From Octopus sinensis (taxonomy: Eukaryota), in assembly GCF_006345805.1 (NCBI RefSeq), contig NC_043000.1, positions 6,572,001 through 6,636,000 of the forward strand: DNA of 64,000 nucleotides. Direction: 5' to 3'. Within the stretch, counting starts at the first letter, position 1, and each line of letters begins with the position of its first letter. The position numbers and the translations under genes are program-made. This document shows, one piece after another, positions 23,881 to 35,690 of the stretch. The notes beneath the pieces are model-generated. The model ran no database searches, was not told the origin of the DNA, and was given only the letters and a program-made list of their open reading frames with translations.

Positions 23881-24030
23881 TTTTTCTGTGTAAAAGTTCT
23901 TTCATCACGCCTCCTGTGACCTCTTCAATGACTCTTAATTTCACGTGTCTCCTCTTTGAGACATGCAGGATAGAGAGTTGCTGAAGAGGTCACACAGTGT
24001 GTGACAAAAGAGCTTTAACAAAGAAACAAA
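23881..24030. repeat. Imperfect ~70-bp-arm inverted repeat
   Basis: Left arm ...TGTGACCTCTTCAATGACTCT...CGTGTCTC, 6-nt spacer, right arm GAGACATG...AGAGTTGCTGAAGAGGTCACA... Confidence 0.8.
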
Positions 24031-24225
24031 AGAAAACCGCTATCAGATCTAAAAGGTTCTTAAATAAACTGAAAAATCCAGCAGAAGAAGATTTGATTTG
24101 GTTTTTCTCAAATGAGGAAAACTTTGACCAAGTTCAAAAAGTTAACAGAAGAAATGACAGATGATTAAGTGCAAACCCTTCTGAAGGTCCATAAATCTTT
24201 CCTCAAATATCTTATGCACCCTTAC

Positions 24226-24267
24226 GCTGCATTGAAAAGGGGCAATACCCCGAAACGCGTCTGTAGC
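24226..24267 (+). ncRNA. Type I hammerhead ribozyme, copy 1 (cut after C24261)
   Basis: GCTGCA-TTGAAAA-GGGG-CAATA-CCCC-GAAA-CGCG-TC-TGTAGC; distal stem I truncated at the array edge. Confidence 0.8.
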
Positions 24268-24587
24268 TGCCGACCAAGTAGTGTGGAGCGACTGACCTCC
24301 CTTGTTCAAAGGTTATGTGGATACAGATTGTGTATCAAATAGCTAACTTAAGGCGATGGCCTCATGGAGCTAATAAGCGGTCAGCTTTTTTCTTATTTTT
24401 ATAAGAATGCCATATTAGTATGGCGATAACTAATATTTTCCGGGAACGCTGCCGTTGTTCTCTTTTAGAGAGACTAGTAATTTTAATATTTCTATTATTG
24501 AAAACAAGTGGATGTATTCCACCGAAGCTAGGTAAATAAAACCTTTGAACAGAGATTGTCGGAAGCGACACCTACTGGTTTGGCTAC

Positions 24588-24629
24588 GCTGCATTGAAAA
24601 GGGGCAATACCCCGAAACGCGTCTGTAGC
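24588..24629 (+). ncRNA. Type I hammerhead ribozyme, copy 2 (cut after C24623)
   Basis: Same core; a 5-nt GCTGC duplication enlarges the stem I internal loop. Confidence 0.8.
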
Positions 24630-24955
24630 TGCGCTGCCGGCCAAGTAGTGTGGAGCGACTGACCTCCCTTGTTCAAAGGTTATGTGGATACAGACTGTGT
24701 ATCAAATAGCTAACTTAAGGCGATGGCCTCATGGAGCTAATAAGCGGTCAGCTTTTTTCTTATTTTTATAAGAATGCCATATTAGTATGGCGATAACTAA
24801 TATTTTCCGGGAACGCTGCCGTTGTTCTCTTTTAGAGAGACTTAGTAATTTTAATATTTCTATTATTGAAAACAAGTGGATGTATTCCACCGAAGCTAGG
24901 TAAATAAAACCTTTGAACAGAGATTGTCGGAAGCGACACCTACTGGTTTGGCTAC

Positions 24956-24997
24956 GCTGCATTGAAAAGGGGCAATACCCCGAAACGCGTCTGTAGC
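24956..24997 (+). ncRNA. Type I hammerhead ribozyme, copy 3 (cut after C24991)
   Basis: Same core; extended stem TTGGC (24948-24952)/GCCAA (25003-25007). Confidence 0.82.
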
Positions 24998-25318
24998 TGC
25001 CGGCCAAGTAGTGTGGAGCGACTGACCTCCCTTGTTCAAAGGTTATGTGGATACAGATTGTGTATCAAATAGCTAACTTAAGGCGATGGCCTCATGGAGC
25101 TAATAAGCGGTCAGCTTTTTTCTTATTTTTATAAGAATGCCATATTAGTATGGCGATAACTAATATTTTCCGGGAACGCTGCCGTTGTTCTCTTTTAGAG
25201 AGACTTAGTAATTTTAATATTTCTATTATTGAAAACAAGTGGATGTATTCCACCGAAGCTAGGTAAATAAAACCTTTGAACAGAGATTGTCGGAAGCGAC
25301 ACCTACTGGTTTGGCTAC

Positions 25319-25360
25319 GCTGCATTGAAAAGGGGCAATACCCCGAAACGCGTCTGTAGC
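25319..25360 (+). ncRNA. Type I hammerhead ribozyme, copy 4 (cut after C25354)
   Basis: Same core and extended stem I. Confidence 0.82.
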
Positions 25361-25681
25361 TGCCGGCCAAGTAGTGTGGAGCGACTGACCTCCCTTGTTC
25401 AAAGGTTATGTGGATACAGATTGTGTATCAAATAGCTAACTTAAGGCGATGGCCTCATGGAGCTAATAAGCGGTCAGCTTTTTTCTTATTTTTATAAGAA
25501 TGCCATATTAGTATGGCGATAACTAATATTTTCCGGGAACGCTGCCGTTATTCTCTTTTAGAGAGACTTAGTAATTTTAATATTTCTATTATTGAAAACA
25601 AGTGGATGTATTCCACCGAAGCTAGGTAAATAAAACCTTTGAACAGAGATTGTCGGAAGCGACACCTACTGGTTTGGCTAC

Positions 25682-25723
25682 GCTGCATTGAAAAGGGGCA
25701 ATACCCCGAAACGCGTCTGTAGC
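25682..25723 (+). ncRNA. Type I hammerhead ribozyme, copy 5 (cut after C25717)
   Basis: Same core and extended stem I. Confidence 0.82.
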
Positions 25724-26043
25724 TGCCGGCCAAGTAGTGTGGAGCGACTGACCTCCTTGTTCAAAGGTTATGTGGATACAGATTGTGTATCAAATAGCTA
25801 ACTTAAGGCGATGGCCTCATGGAGCTAATAAGCGGTCAGCTTTTTTCTTATTTTTATAAGAATGCCATATTAGTATGGCGATAACTAATATTTTCCGGGA
25901 ACGCTGCCGTTGTTCTCTTTTAGAGAGACTTAGTAATTTTAATATTTCTATTATTGAAAACAAGTGGATGTATTCCACCGAAGCTAGGTAAATAAAACCT
26001 TTGAACAGAGATTGTCGGAAGCGACACCTACTGGTTTGGCTAC

Positions 26044-26085
26044 GCTGCATTGAAAAGGGGCAATACCCCGAAACGCGTCTGTAGC
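26044..26085 (+). ncRNA. Type I hammerhead ribozyme, copy 6 (cut after C26079)
   Basis: Same core and extended stem I. Confidence 0.82.
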
Positions 26086-26310
26086 TGCCGGCCAAGTAGT
26101 GTGGAGCGACTGACCTCCCTTGTTCAAAGGTTATGTGGATACAGATTGTGTATCAAATAGCTAACTTAAGGCGATGGCCTCATGGAGCTAATAAGCGGTC
26201 AGCTTTTTTCTTATTTTTATAAGAATGCCATATTAGTATGGCGATAACTAATATTTTCGGGAACGCTGCCGTTGTTCTCTTTTAGAGAGACTTAGTAATT
26301 TTAATATTTC

Positions 26311-26434
<124 letters not shown>

Positions 26435-27266
26435 GGAGGGAGACATATATATATATGTGTGTGTGTGTACATAGATATATATGATGAACTCTCCAATTGA
26501 AGATGACATATGACCAATCAGTTTTGTGCCGAACAACCTGAACAACAAATGCTATGTTTATGGTGATCAAATGCATGTGCTGCACATTAGCTCACCCTCT
26601 CCACCAAATCGATGTTGTCTGGACAGGTGCACAGTGTACCATGCATCAGGTGTTGAAGTGATTGCAGAAAATTCATATATTTTTGCTGTTGATGAAATTT
26701 TAAGTTATTGTTAAAATTTCATCAACATTAGACACAAATGAAGTAATATTTCTAAAATTTCATCTTCTTACAAGTTAGAAAGACCCCCTTCATAGGGATT
26801 TAACACCCACAATCTAGTCATTTTATCTAAGCAATGACAAATACAGTTGTACTCTTGGAAGCTGTAGGGTCACCCGAGCATAAAAGATGAGCATTATTTG
26901 TAATTCAATGGTACAACAGTGTAAGAGTTTGTTTTGAGATATACTTAGATTGTAATTTCTGCAATGTGCTGCATAAATTGTCAAGTAAATGAGAGGCATC
27001 TTTGCCTCCACTAATTCAGTTGCAAATGTTGAGTAAAGTTATTTGGTTGCAGACCTCCTTTGAGTCTTTTTATTATCACTGGGTCACACATAGTCTCCAG
27101 ATGGTAACATTGATTTCAAGGCCTTCCCAGATGAGTGACTGGTTATTCAAAGACATTTATAGATTGTAAATTTATTCTGTCCAGTTACCGATCAGTATAG
27201 TGATCATTTGCAAACTCCAGAGGTGACACTTTCATTTCGCTTTAGCCCTCATGTCACACAGTTCAA

Positions 27267-27311
<45 letters not shown>

Positions 27312-28191
27312 ACACACACATTAGGTTTGGAAGCAAACTTCTTATCACAAAGCCACATTTTTTTTTCCCTATCATGAATAGCAACAGTTACTTATAAGTT
27401 TCACCTCTTGAAATTTTCAGAGTGTGACAAGAACAAAGGATTTGCTAATAATAGGGTGAGAATGGGAGGGGCTAAATACTTACACAGGCTGCTGGAAGGG
27501 TGTTACCAGAAGGTGGGAATGGTGAAGAGAGCAGAAGGAGACAGGGTGGTGGGGTGGGGGAATGTTACCTTCAGTCAGTCAGTTAAGAAAGCATGTTTGA
27601 AGCAGAAAAATGGGTAGGCGGCTTTGTGTGTGTGCATGTATGTGTGAGAGAGAGAGAGAGTGTGTGCGCATGTGCGTTTGTGTGTGTGTGTAAATGAATG
27701 TTGCTTTGACAAGTGTATACAGGTATGTGTAGTTGTATTGGGTATTTTAGATCTGGAGAATTAAGTTGAAGAGAAGAATTAGGTACAATATGCCAAAGAT
27801 TTAACTCCTTTACTACCAACCCACCTCTGATTGCTTGATACAAATTTTCTATTTTAAATATTCTAGATTAAAATCTTCCACTAATATTTCATTGCTCATT
27901 TATGTTCCAAATACCAGCTTAATAATGCCAAAGTTATTTTGCCAAAGTCTTCATTATTTTCAAAATAAATTGGAAACAAAAGCAGAGTAGTTTAATGCAG
28001 ATATGGTATTATAATCGTTAAGAAGTGCTAAATGGAGAAGAGGAATGGAAAAAATGAAGGAAAGAAGCAAAAAGATTTTGTGTTCTTTCAGCTTAGGGAA
28101 TAAATGAGAGGGATTTTGATAAAATAACTTTGTGTCAAATCTAGCCATGTCCACGCACACACGCACACACATACATATATATATATATATA

Positions 28192-29062
28192 TCATCATCA
28201 TCATCATCATCGTTTAGTGTCCACTTTCCATGCTAGCATGGGTTGGACGGGTCAACTGGGGTCTGTGAAGCTGGAAGGCTTCGTCAGGCCCAGTCAGATC
28301 TGGCAGTGTTTCTACGGCTGGATGCCCTTCCTAACGCCAACCACTCCGCGAGTGTAGTGGGTGTTTTTTACGTGCCACCTGCACAGGTACCAGACAGAGC
28401 TGGCGAACGGCCACGAACGGATGGTGCTTTTACGTGTCACCGGCACGGGGCCAGGCGATGCTGGCAACGGACACGAACGGATGGTGCTTTTACGTGCCAC
28501 CGACACGGGGCCAGACTGAGCTGGCAACCGGCCACGAACGGACGGTGCTTTTACGAGTCACCGACACGGTTGCCAGACAGAGCTGGCAAACGGCCACGAG
28601 CGGACGGTGCTTTTACGTGTCACCGGCACGGGGGCCAGCCGAGGCTGGCAACGGACACGAACGGATGGTGCTTTTACGTGCCACCGACACGGGGCCAGAC
28701 AGAGTTGGCAAACGGCCACGAACGGATGGTGCTTTTACGTGCCACCGACACGGGGCCAGACAGAGCTGGCAAACGGCCACGAACGGACGGTGCTTTTACG
28801 TGTCACCGGCACGGGGCCAGGCGAGGCTGGCAACGAACACGAACGGATGGTGCTTTTACGTGCCACCGACACGGGGCCAGGCAGAGCTGGCAAACGGCCA
28901 TGAGCGAATGGTGCTTTTACGTATCACCGGCACGGGTGCCAGACGAGGCTGACAGCGGACACGAACGGATGGGTCACTTAACCCCTGCTTTCTGATATAT
29001 GATTTGATTTTGATTGTTCTCACTGGTCTTGCCGGGTCTTCTCATGCACAGCATACTTCCAT
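28192..29062 (-). mobile_element. RTE-LINE 3' tail copy containing an expanded ~60-bp minisatellite
   Basis: (CAT)n tail at 28192; about ten units of GGTGCTTTTACGTG.CACCG.CACGGGGCCAG...CTGGCAA.CGG.CACGAACGGA at ~28360-28975. Confidence 0.85.
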
Positions 29063-29076
29063 ATAATAAAATAAAT

Positions 29077-29320
29077 GCACCCTTTTAAAGCCTAGCCAGG
29101 CTCATGGGCCCGGTTTCCTGGTTTCAATGGCGTATCTGTTCCCCAGCTGGATGGGAAGCCAGTCCATCGCAGTGTTACTCATTTTTGCCAGCTGAGTGGA
29201 CTGGAGCAATGTGAAATGAAGTGTTTTGCTCAAGAACACAACGCGTCGCCCGGTCCAGGAATCAAAACCACAATCTTACGATCATGATGCTGACACCCTA
29301 ACCACTAAGCCATGCACCGC
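29077..29320 (-). mobile_element. tRNA-derived SINE
   Basis: Minus-strand head TGGCTTAGTGGTTAGGGTG...GGTTTTGATTCC; near-identical to 35446-35690. Confidence 0.8.
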
Positions 29321-29330
29321 CACACACACA

Positions 29331-32300
29331 CATCATCATCATCATCATCGTTTAACGTCCGTTTTCTGTGCTAGCACGGGTTGGACGGTTCGACCGGGGT
29401 CTGGGAAGCCAGGGCTGCACCAGGCTCCAGTCTGATCTGGCAGTGTTTCTACAGCTGGATGCCCTTCCTAACGCCAACCATTCTGCGAGTGTAGTGGGTG
29501 CTTTTTACGTGCCACCTGCACAGGTGCCAGGGGGGGTCTGGCATCGGCCACGATCGGTTGGTGCTTTTAACGTGCCACCGGCAGGAAGCCAGCCAAGGCG
29601 GCGCTGGCATCGGCCACGTTCGGACGGTGCTTTTTATGTGCCACCGACACAGGTATCACAACTACTATTTCCATTGATATTTGTTTTGATGTTCGTGTAC
29701 ATGCACTTGACTCAACAGGTCTCCTCAAGCACAGTGAGACGTTCCGGGTTCCAAGGTACTTTGAATGGGCAGGGGCTATGCAGAACTGGAGCATCCCAGG
29801 TCTTTGTAGTCACAGCACATCTCCAGAAATTTCGGTCCTTCACCATTGCCTCAGTGAGGCCCAACGCTCTGAGGTCATGCTTGACTACCTCATCCCATGT
29901 CTTCCTGGGTCTACCTCTCCCCCTGATTCCTTCAACTGTTTGGGAGCGGCACTTCTTCACACATCTCTCCTCATCCATCCGCAGTATATGACCATACCAT
30001 CACAAGCGTCACTCTTGCACACCGCATCTGATGCTTCTTATGTCCAGCATTTCTCTCAGGGTGCTTACACTCTGTCGTGCGTGCACACTGACATTACACA
30101 TCCAGCGGATCATGCTAGCTTCATTTCTTTCAAGTCTACGCATGTCCTCTGCAGTCACGGCCCACGTTTCACTGCCGTGAAGCATGGCAGTTCGCACACA
30201 TGCATCATACAACCTACCTTTCACTCTGAGTGAGAGACCCTTTGTCGCCAGTAGGGGTAGGGGCTTTCTAAACTTTGCCCAGGCTATTCGTATTCTAGTG
30301 GTGACACTCTCTGAGCATCCACCTCCACTACTAACTTGGTCACCCAGGTAGCGGAAACTATCAACTACTTCTAGTTTCTCCCCCTGGAGTGTGATGGAAT
30401 CTGTTTTCTGAGTATTTGTGGTGTCTATTGTCCCTGTGCATCTGCCGCACATGAAAGCTATCTTATCAGTTAATTTCCCTTTGATGTTGCTGCACCTCTT
30501 ATGCGTCCATAGCTTACACTGGGTGCATCTTATGGAGTTTCTACCTACACCTTTCCTACAGATCAAGCAGGGCAACCTACCCGAGGGTGTGTGTGCTGAG
30601 TTCACCTTTCTGCTTACTATAACTTTGGTCTTTGCTACATTTACTCTAAGGCCCTTTGATTCTAACCCTTGTTTCCACACCCGAAATTTCTTTTCTAGTT
30701 TCGGTAGTGATTCTGCTATGAGAGCCAGGTCATCAGCATAGAGGAGCTCCCAGGGGCAACCTGTTTTGAATTACTCTGTTATTGCCTGGAGGATTATGAT
30801 GAATAAAAGGGGACTGAGGGCTGAGCCTTGGTGTACACCTACTTCTACCCGGAATTCTTCACTATATTTGTTGCCAATCCTAACCTTGCTGACAGCCTCT
30901 CTGTATAGAGCCTGTACAGCCCTTATTAGCCATTCGTCAATCTCCAGTTCCCGCATCGACCACCAGATAAGGGATCGGGGAACCCTGTCAAAGGCTTTCT
31001 CCAAGTCCACAAAAGCTATGTAGAGGGGTTTATCTTTAGCTAGGTACTTCTCCTGCAGTTGTCGGACCAGGAATATAGCATCAGTGGTGCTTCTACCCAG
31101 CACAAAACCGAACTGCATCTCATCTAAGCAAATCCTCTCCCTAATGAGATGGGTTATGACCCTCTCTGTGACCTTCATCACCTGATCCAACAGTTTAATA
31201 CCCCTGTAGTTATTTCTATCTAGAGCATCACCCTTACCCTTGTAGCAATTGACTATGGTGCTGCTGCACCAGTCATTGGGTATGACTCCATTGTGAACTA
31301 CCTGGTTTACAATGCGGGTGACTAGGGCATAGCCCACATAGCCAGCTGTTTTAAGCATCTCAGCAGTGATACCTGATGGGCCGGGGGCTTTACCTGGTTT
31401 CATACCCTTAATTGCCTTAACTACAAGGGAGCTGTCTATTCGGGTAGCTGGTCCCTCTACTGGGTCAACATTTGGCAGGCTCTCCTCCTCCCATTCATTC
31501 TCCTCATTCAGCAGTCTTTCATAATGGCTTCTCCAAGCCTCTTTCTTTTCACTAGCAGTAAAAGCAAGTGCCCCATCATCCATGCGGACACATTTCTCTC
31601 CTGTAACATCACTATTTTCTCTGACACACTGTCTAGCAATCCGAAATACCTCAGTTCTTTGGTCCTCACGTCGCTGGACATTGGCAAACTTCTTCTTTTC
31701 TGCTATATCTTTGGCTATGTATACCTGCCGCCCAGCCTCCCTTTTGGCTACTTGGTACGGTTCCCTGCTACTCCCATCCCTCCAGGCTCTCCAGGCCTGT
31801 TTCTTTGCACTAATGGCTTTGTCTACTGCACTATTCCACCACCACATAACTCTAGGTCTGGAAGGGACTTTGCACCATTCACAGACTTGGTCTGTGGCAC
31901 TCAGCAAGCTGTCCCGTAGGAATTTCCAGCTACCTTCTATGTCCGACGTCTGTAGCTCCTCCTCCCTCTCATCAAATTTCTTGATGAGGATGTCCCTAAA
32001 TCTCTGACCATGTGAAGGGTTCTTTAGCTTCCAAATCCTTCTTTTCTGGATTGGTCTGCTTTTTGGAGTCCTTCTGGCCTCAAGCCTAAAGTCACTAATG
32101 ATTAGCCTATGCTGAGGGATACACTCTTCACCCGGAGGGTCTTGGTATTTAACGTGACCCTGCATCCCGCTGTCTGGTGAGGATGAAGTCTATTTGGCTA
32201 GCGGAGTCTCCTGACTGATAAGTTATAAGGTGGCAGTCAGGCTTCCTGAAGTTAGTGTTGCAGATTAAAAGGTTACATGCATCACAGAATTCCAGCAGTC

Positions 32301-32344
32301 TAGTTCCCTCATCATTTCTGGTGCCAATACCATGGCCACCGTGT
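29331..32344 (-). mobile_element. 5'-truncated RTE-clade LINE (partial APE, RT, PHD-like finger, 3' UTR ending in (GAT)n)
   Basis: APE remnants (NDEGTRLLEFC, SQIDFIL, QHRL), RT motifs KAPGPSG, NYRGIKLL, QFGF, FVDLEKAFDRV, GVHQGSALSPLLF, LLYADD (30730-30747), FRYLG, GSETW, WYGH, RGRPRKTW; a few in-frame stops (30771-30773, 30009-30011). Confidence 0.95.
29712..32344 (-). pseudogene. RTE APE-RT polyprotein, interrupted by stops and a frameshift
   Basis: Track ORFs 32149-32505 (part), 30771-32165, 30009-30680 and 29712-29978 are consecutive pieces of one LINE ORF. Confidence 0.9.
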
Positions 32345-33089
32345 ATGCGTGCTTGCATGTGTATGTATGTATGTACGTGTGCATGTATGTGTGTATGTAT
32401 GTATGTATGAATGAATTTATTTATTTCACATGTGTTCTTTCTAAGCAAATGATTTGACCTGAGACAGTGAGTTGAAATTAAAACGATTGCTGCATGGAAG
32501 GCCATTCAGAAACACACAAAATCTGTTAATTTCACTGAAATATTCATTATTTGTTATATGATATTAAAATTCTCTCAGTGCAAACTGTAACCTGGTCACT
32601 GACAAGAACACGCACATTAATACATTTATGTGTATGTGTGTGTATCCATACACGCACACACCTATGTGAAGGGGTATGTGTGTGTGTGGGGTTCACATGT
32701 ATGCGCATGTGGGCATGCACACACACACACTCTTCCTACATATTAGTTTAATTTAGGAGAACAGAAAGAGAAACCCTACAATTTAGAGGACAGGATATAA
32801 GAAGTGTAGGACGTTTGGGATGACTAAAATATGTAGGAAGAGAGATTACAGTACAGACAATAGAGTACGTACACATGGGTGTGTTTTTGAATATCAAATT
32901 GCATGACATAGCATCATTATGCCAAGTATTTTTAAAGGAGCAATCATTAAACGAATGTTTGGTCACATCAGAAGTCTTTGGAAGGATTGGCTTCTGGCAA
33001 TCATTTTTGAGAGATTTTTGATACTGAAAAAACTGTTGGATTTTTAATTTCATGTTTCTTCATGCACAAAACACACACACACATATATA

Positions 33090-33301
33090 TTCGAAGTGAG
33101 GCAGCAAAGTTCATGGCTTTAAGGATAATGTAAAAGGCCTGACCTTTCAAGTTTTTTTACAAGGCTTAGAAAAACTGAAGGACCACTGCAATAAGTGTGT
33201 GAATCTGAGAAGGGAATAAGTTCGATAAAATCATGACTAACTGACTGCCCCTTCTTTATTTTCTTTTACTCAAAGTCAGGAACTTTTCAGCACCCCCTCA
33301 T
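33090..33301. mobile_element. Tc1/mariner-type MITE (degenerate)
   Basis: Right TIR AAAGTCAGGAACTTTTCAGCACCCCCTCA; degenerate left TIR GAGGCAGCAAAGTTCATGGCTTT; ~210 bp, non-coding. Confidence 0.6.
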
Positions 33302-33312
33302 GTGTGTGTATA

Positions 33313-34080
33313 CATCGTCATCATCATCATCATCATCGTTTAACGCCTGTTTTCCATGCTGGCATGGGTTGGACAGTTCGACCAGGGATCTGGGAAGCCA
33401 GGAGGCTGCACCAGGTTCGAGTCTGATCTGGAAGTGTTTCTACATCTGGAAGCCCTTCTTAATGCCAACCACTCCGTGAGTGTAGTGGGTGCTTTTTATG
33501 TGCCACCGGCACAGGTGCCACGGGAGGCTGGCAGCCGCCACGATCAGTTGGTGCTTTTTACGTGCCACCGACATTATACATATATATATATATATGCATA
33601 CACATACACACACATACATACATTTACACATATATATATGTGTGTATCATCATCATCATTTAATGACTGTTTTCCATGCTAGCATGGGTTGGACCATTTG
33701 ACAGGAGCTGGCAAGTCAGAGAGCTGCACGAGGCCCCACTTGTCTGTTTTAGCATGATTTCCATGACTTGATGCCCTTCCTAATGCCAACCACTTTACAG
33801 CATGTACTGGGTGCTTTTTATGGGGTGCCAGCATGGGAGCTCTTTACATGGCACTAGGACAGGTGCGTAGACATAGCACTGGCATGGATGTGTTTTATGT
33901 GGAACCGGTACAGATTCTTTTTATGTGACACTAGCATCGGTGCTTTGTATGTGACACTGGCATGAGTGCTTTCTTATGGTGCAGTGGCATGGGTGCCTTC
34001 TATATGGCACCAGCACGAATGATTTGTACATGGCACAAGCACCTGCGAGCTCGCAATACAAGGATCTCTCAGCTGAGAGG
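33313..34080 (-). mobile_element. Two consecutive RTE-tail copies
   Basis: (CAT)n-TTTAA starts at ~33313 and ~33647, each followed by CCATGCT.GCATGGGTTGGAC and GCCCTT.C.TAATGCCAACCAC. Confidence 0.8.
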
Positions 34081-35445
34081 AGTGGAACCAAGTGATTGGA
34101 GTATGATAGAGGCAACTCTTTTACTATTGAGGAGGGGGGAGATAGTGGTGGTGGAGGAGGAGGGGAGTGGAAGAAGAAGAGGAGGAGGAGGAGGAGTTAT
34201 ATATGAAAATGTACATAAAATATGACCTGAGTGGGTTTTATTGAAATAATGTTACTGAAATAATTTTATTGAAATAACTAGATCCAAATCTATGAGTTTA
34301 GCCAAACTTAAATGATTTAAAACTTATTGAGACAGCTTTTCTAAAACTGGATGCTCTTCCAGTCACTTGTTGCCAAGTAAGGTAATATTCCCACATGGAG
34401 GCATGTTTTTGCAAAGTATTGGAATACTGAAGTTGCTGCTTGACTGCATGGTTTCTGGTTCAGTCCTGCTACTTGGCACCTTGAGCTAATACCTTTTATA
34501 TAGCTGCAAACTGACCAAAGTCTTATGAGTGGATTTGGTGGATGGAAACTGAAAGAAGCCCATTGTATATATCTGTGTGTGTGTGTGAATGTGATTTGCC
34601 TGTCTGTATGTGTGTGTGTTCATTTGTGTGTGTGTGTGTTTGTTCTGGCATCGTATGACTGTTGTAAGGAAGCATCCCTGTCATACAATCAATGTCTTTG
34701 TTTCCAGTCCTCCATGAAAACATGCCTGGCTAGGGGGAAATGTTATCTTACTTGGAAACAGGTATGGTTTGGTGACAGGAAGGGCATCCTGTCATAGAAA
34801 ATTTGCCGTTAATAAATTCCATCTGACCCATGCAAGCATAGGAAAGAGGACATAAAAATTATGTTGATTTATGTGACATCTCGCGCTGGTGCCATGTAAA
34901 ATGCACACGTACCAGTGTCACATGAAATGCACTCATGCTGGTGCCACATAAAAAGCACCCAGTACATAGTGGTTGACATTAGGAAGGGCAGGCAGCCATA
35001 GAAACCTAGCCAAAAGAGACATTTTGGAGCCTGGACAGATCTCCAACTTGCCAGATCTTATCAAAGTGTCCAACCCATGCCAGCATGGAAAACAGATGTT
35101 AAATGATGATGATGATGATGATGACTTCCTGAACAATCAAAATAAAAGGTAATTTCCTTTAGTCGTTATATCAAAATAAGTTAGAAAGATGTGTATTTTA
35201 CCAGATGCCTGAAAACCAATAATGTCTGATAACCACTTAGCAATCTAAGCAACTTACTGCTGTTCTTCTTCAAACAAACCACACACTCATGCAATCAATT
35301 TGCTTTTAAGAATGCATTCTTTGTATCAACTATTGGAGGAATTTTCTTGACCCTATCAGTCTTTAAAGAATGACAAAAATTTTCATATTAACCAACTGAA
35401 TTTCTGATGAAAATGATTTTAACCCTTTTTTTTATTATTTTTTGC

Positions 35446-35690
35446 GCCCTTTTAAAGCCTAGCCAGGCTCATGGGCCTGGTTTCCCAGTTTCTATGGCGT
35501 ATATGTTCCCCAGCTGGATGGGTCGCCAGTCCATCACAGCGTTACTCATTTCTGCTAGCTGAGTGGACTGGAGCAAGCTGAAATGAAGTGTTTTGCTCAA
35601 GAACACAACGCGTCGCCCGGTCCAGGAATCAAGACCACAATCTTACAATCATGATGCTAACACCCTAACCACTAAGTCACGTGCCTCCAC
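35446..35690 (-). mobile_element. tRNA-derived SINE
   Basis: Near-identical to 29077-29320. Confidence 0.8.

Noticed and set aside
25001-25045. Internal Pol III promoter in the array unit (CGGCCAAGTAG and TGTTCAAAGG)
   Set aside because: Only partial A/B-box matches, short spacing, and T6 runs would terminate Pol III within the unit.
24729-26095. Repeated 92-aa minus-strand ORF in the 363-bp array
   Set aside because: Starts at TTG, has no recognisable domain, is broken in some units and is simply the antisense of the structured RNA unit.
28243-28995. 250-aa, 172-aa and 98-aa repetitive ORFs
   Set aside because: Products of the 60-bp minisatellite in a LINE 3' UTR, on the antisense strand.
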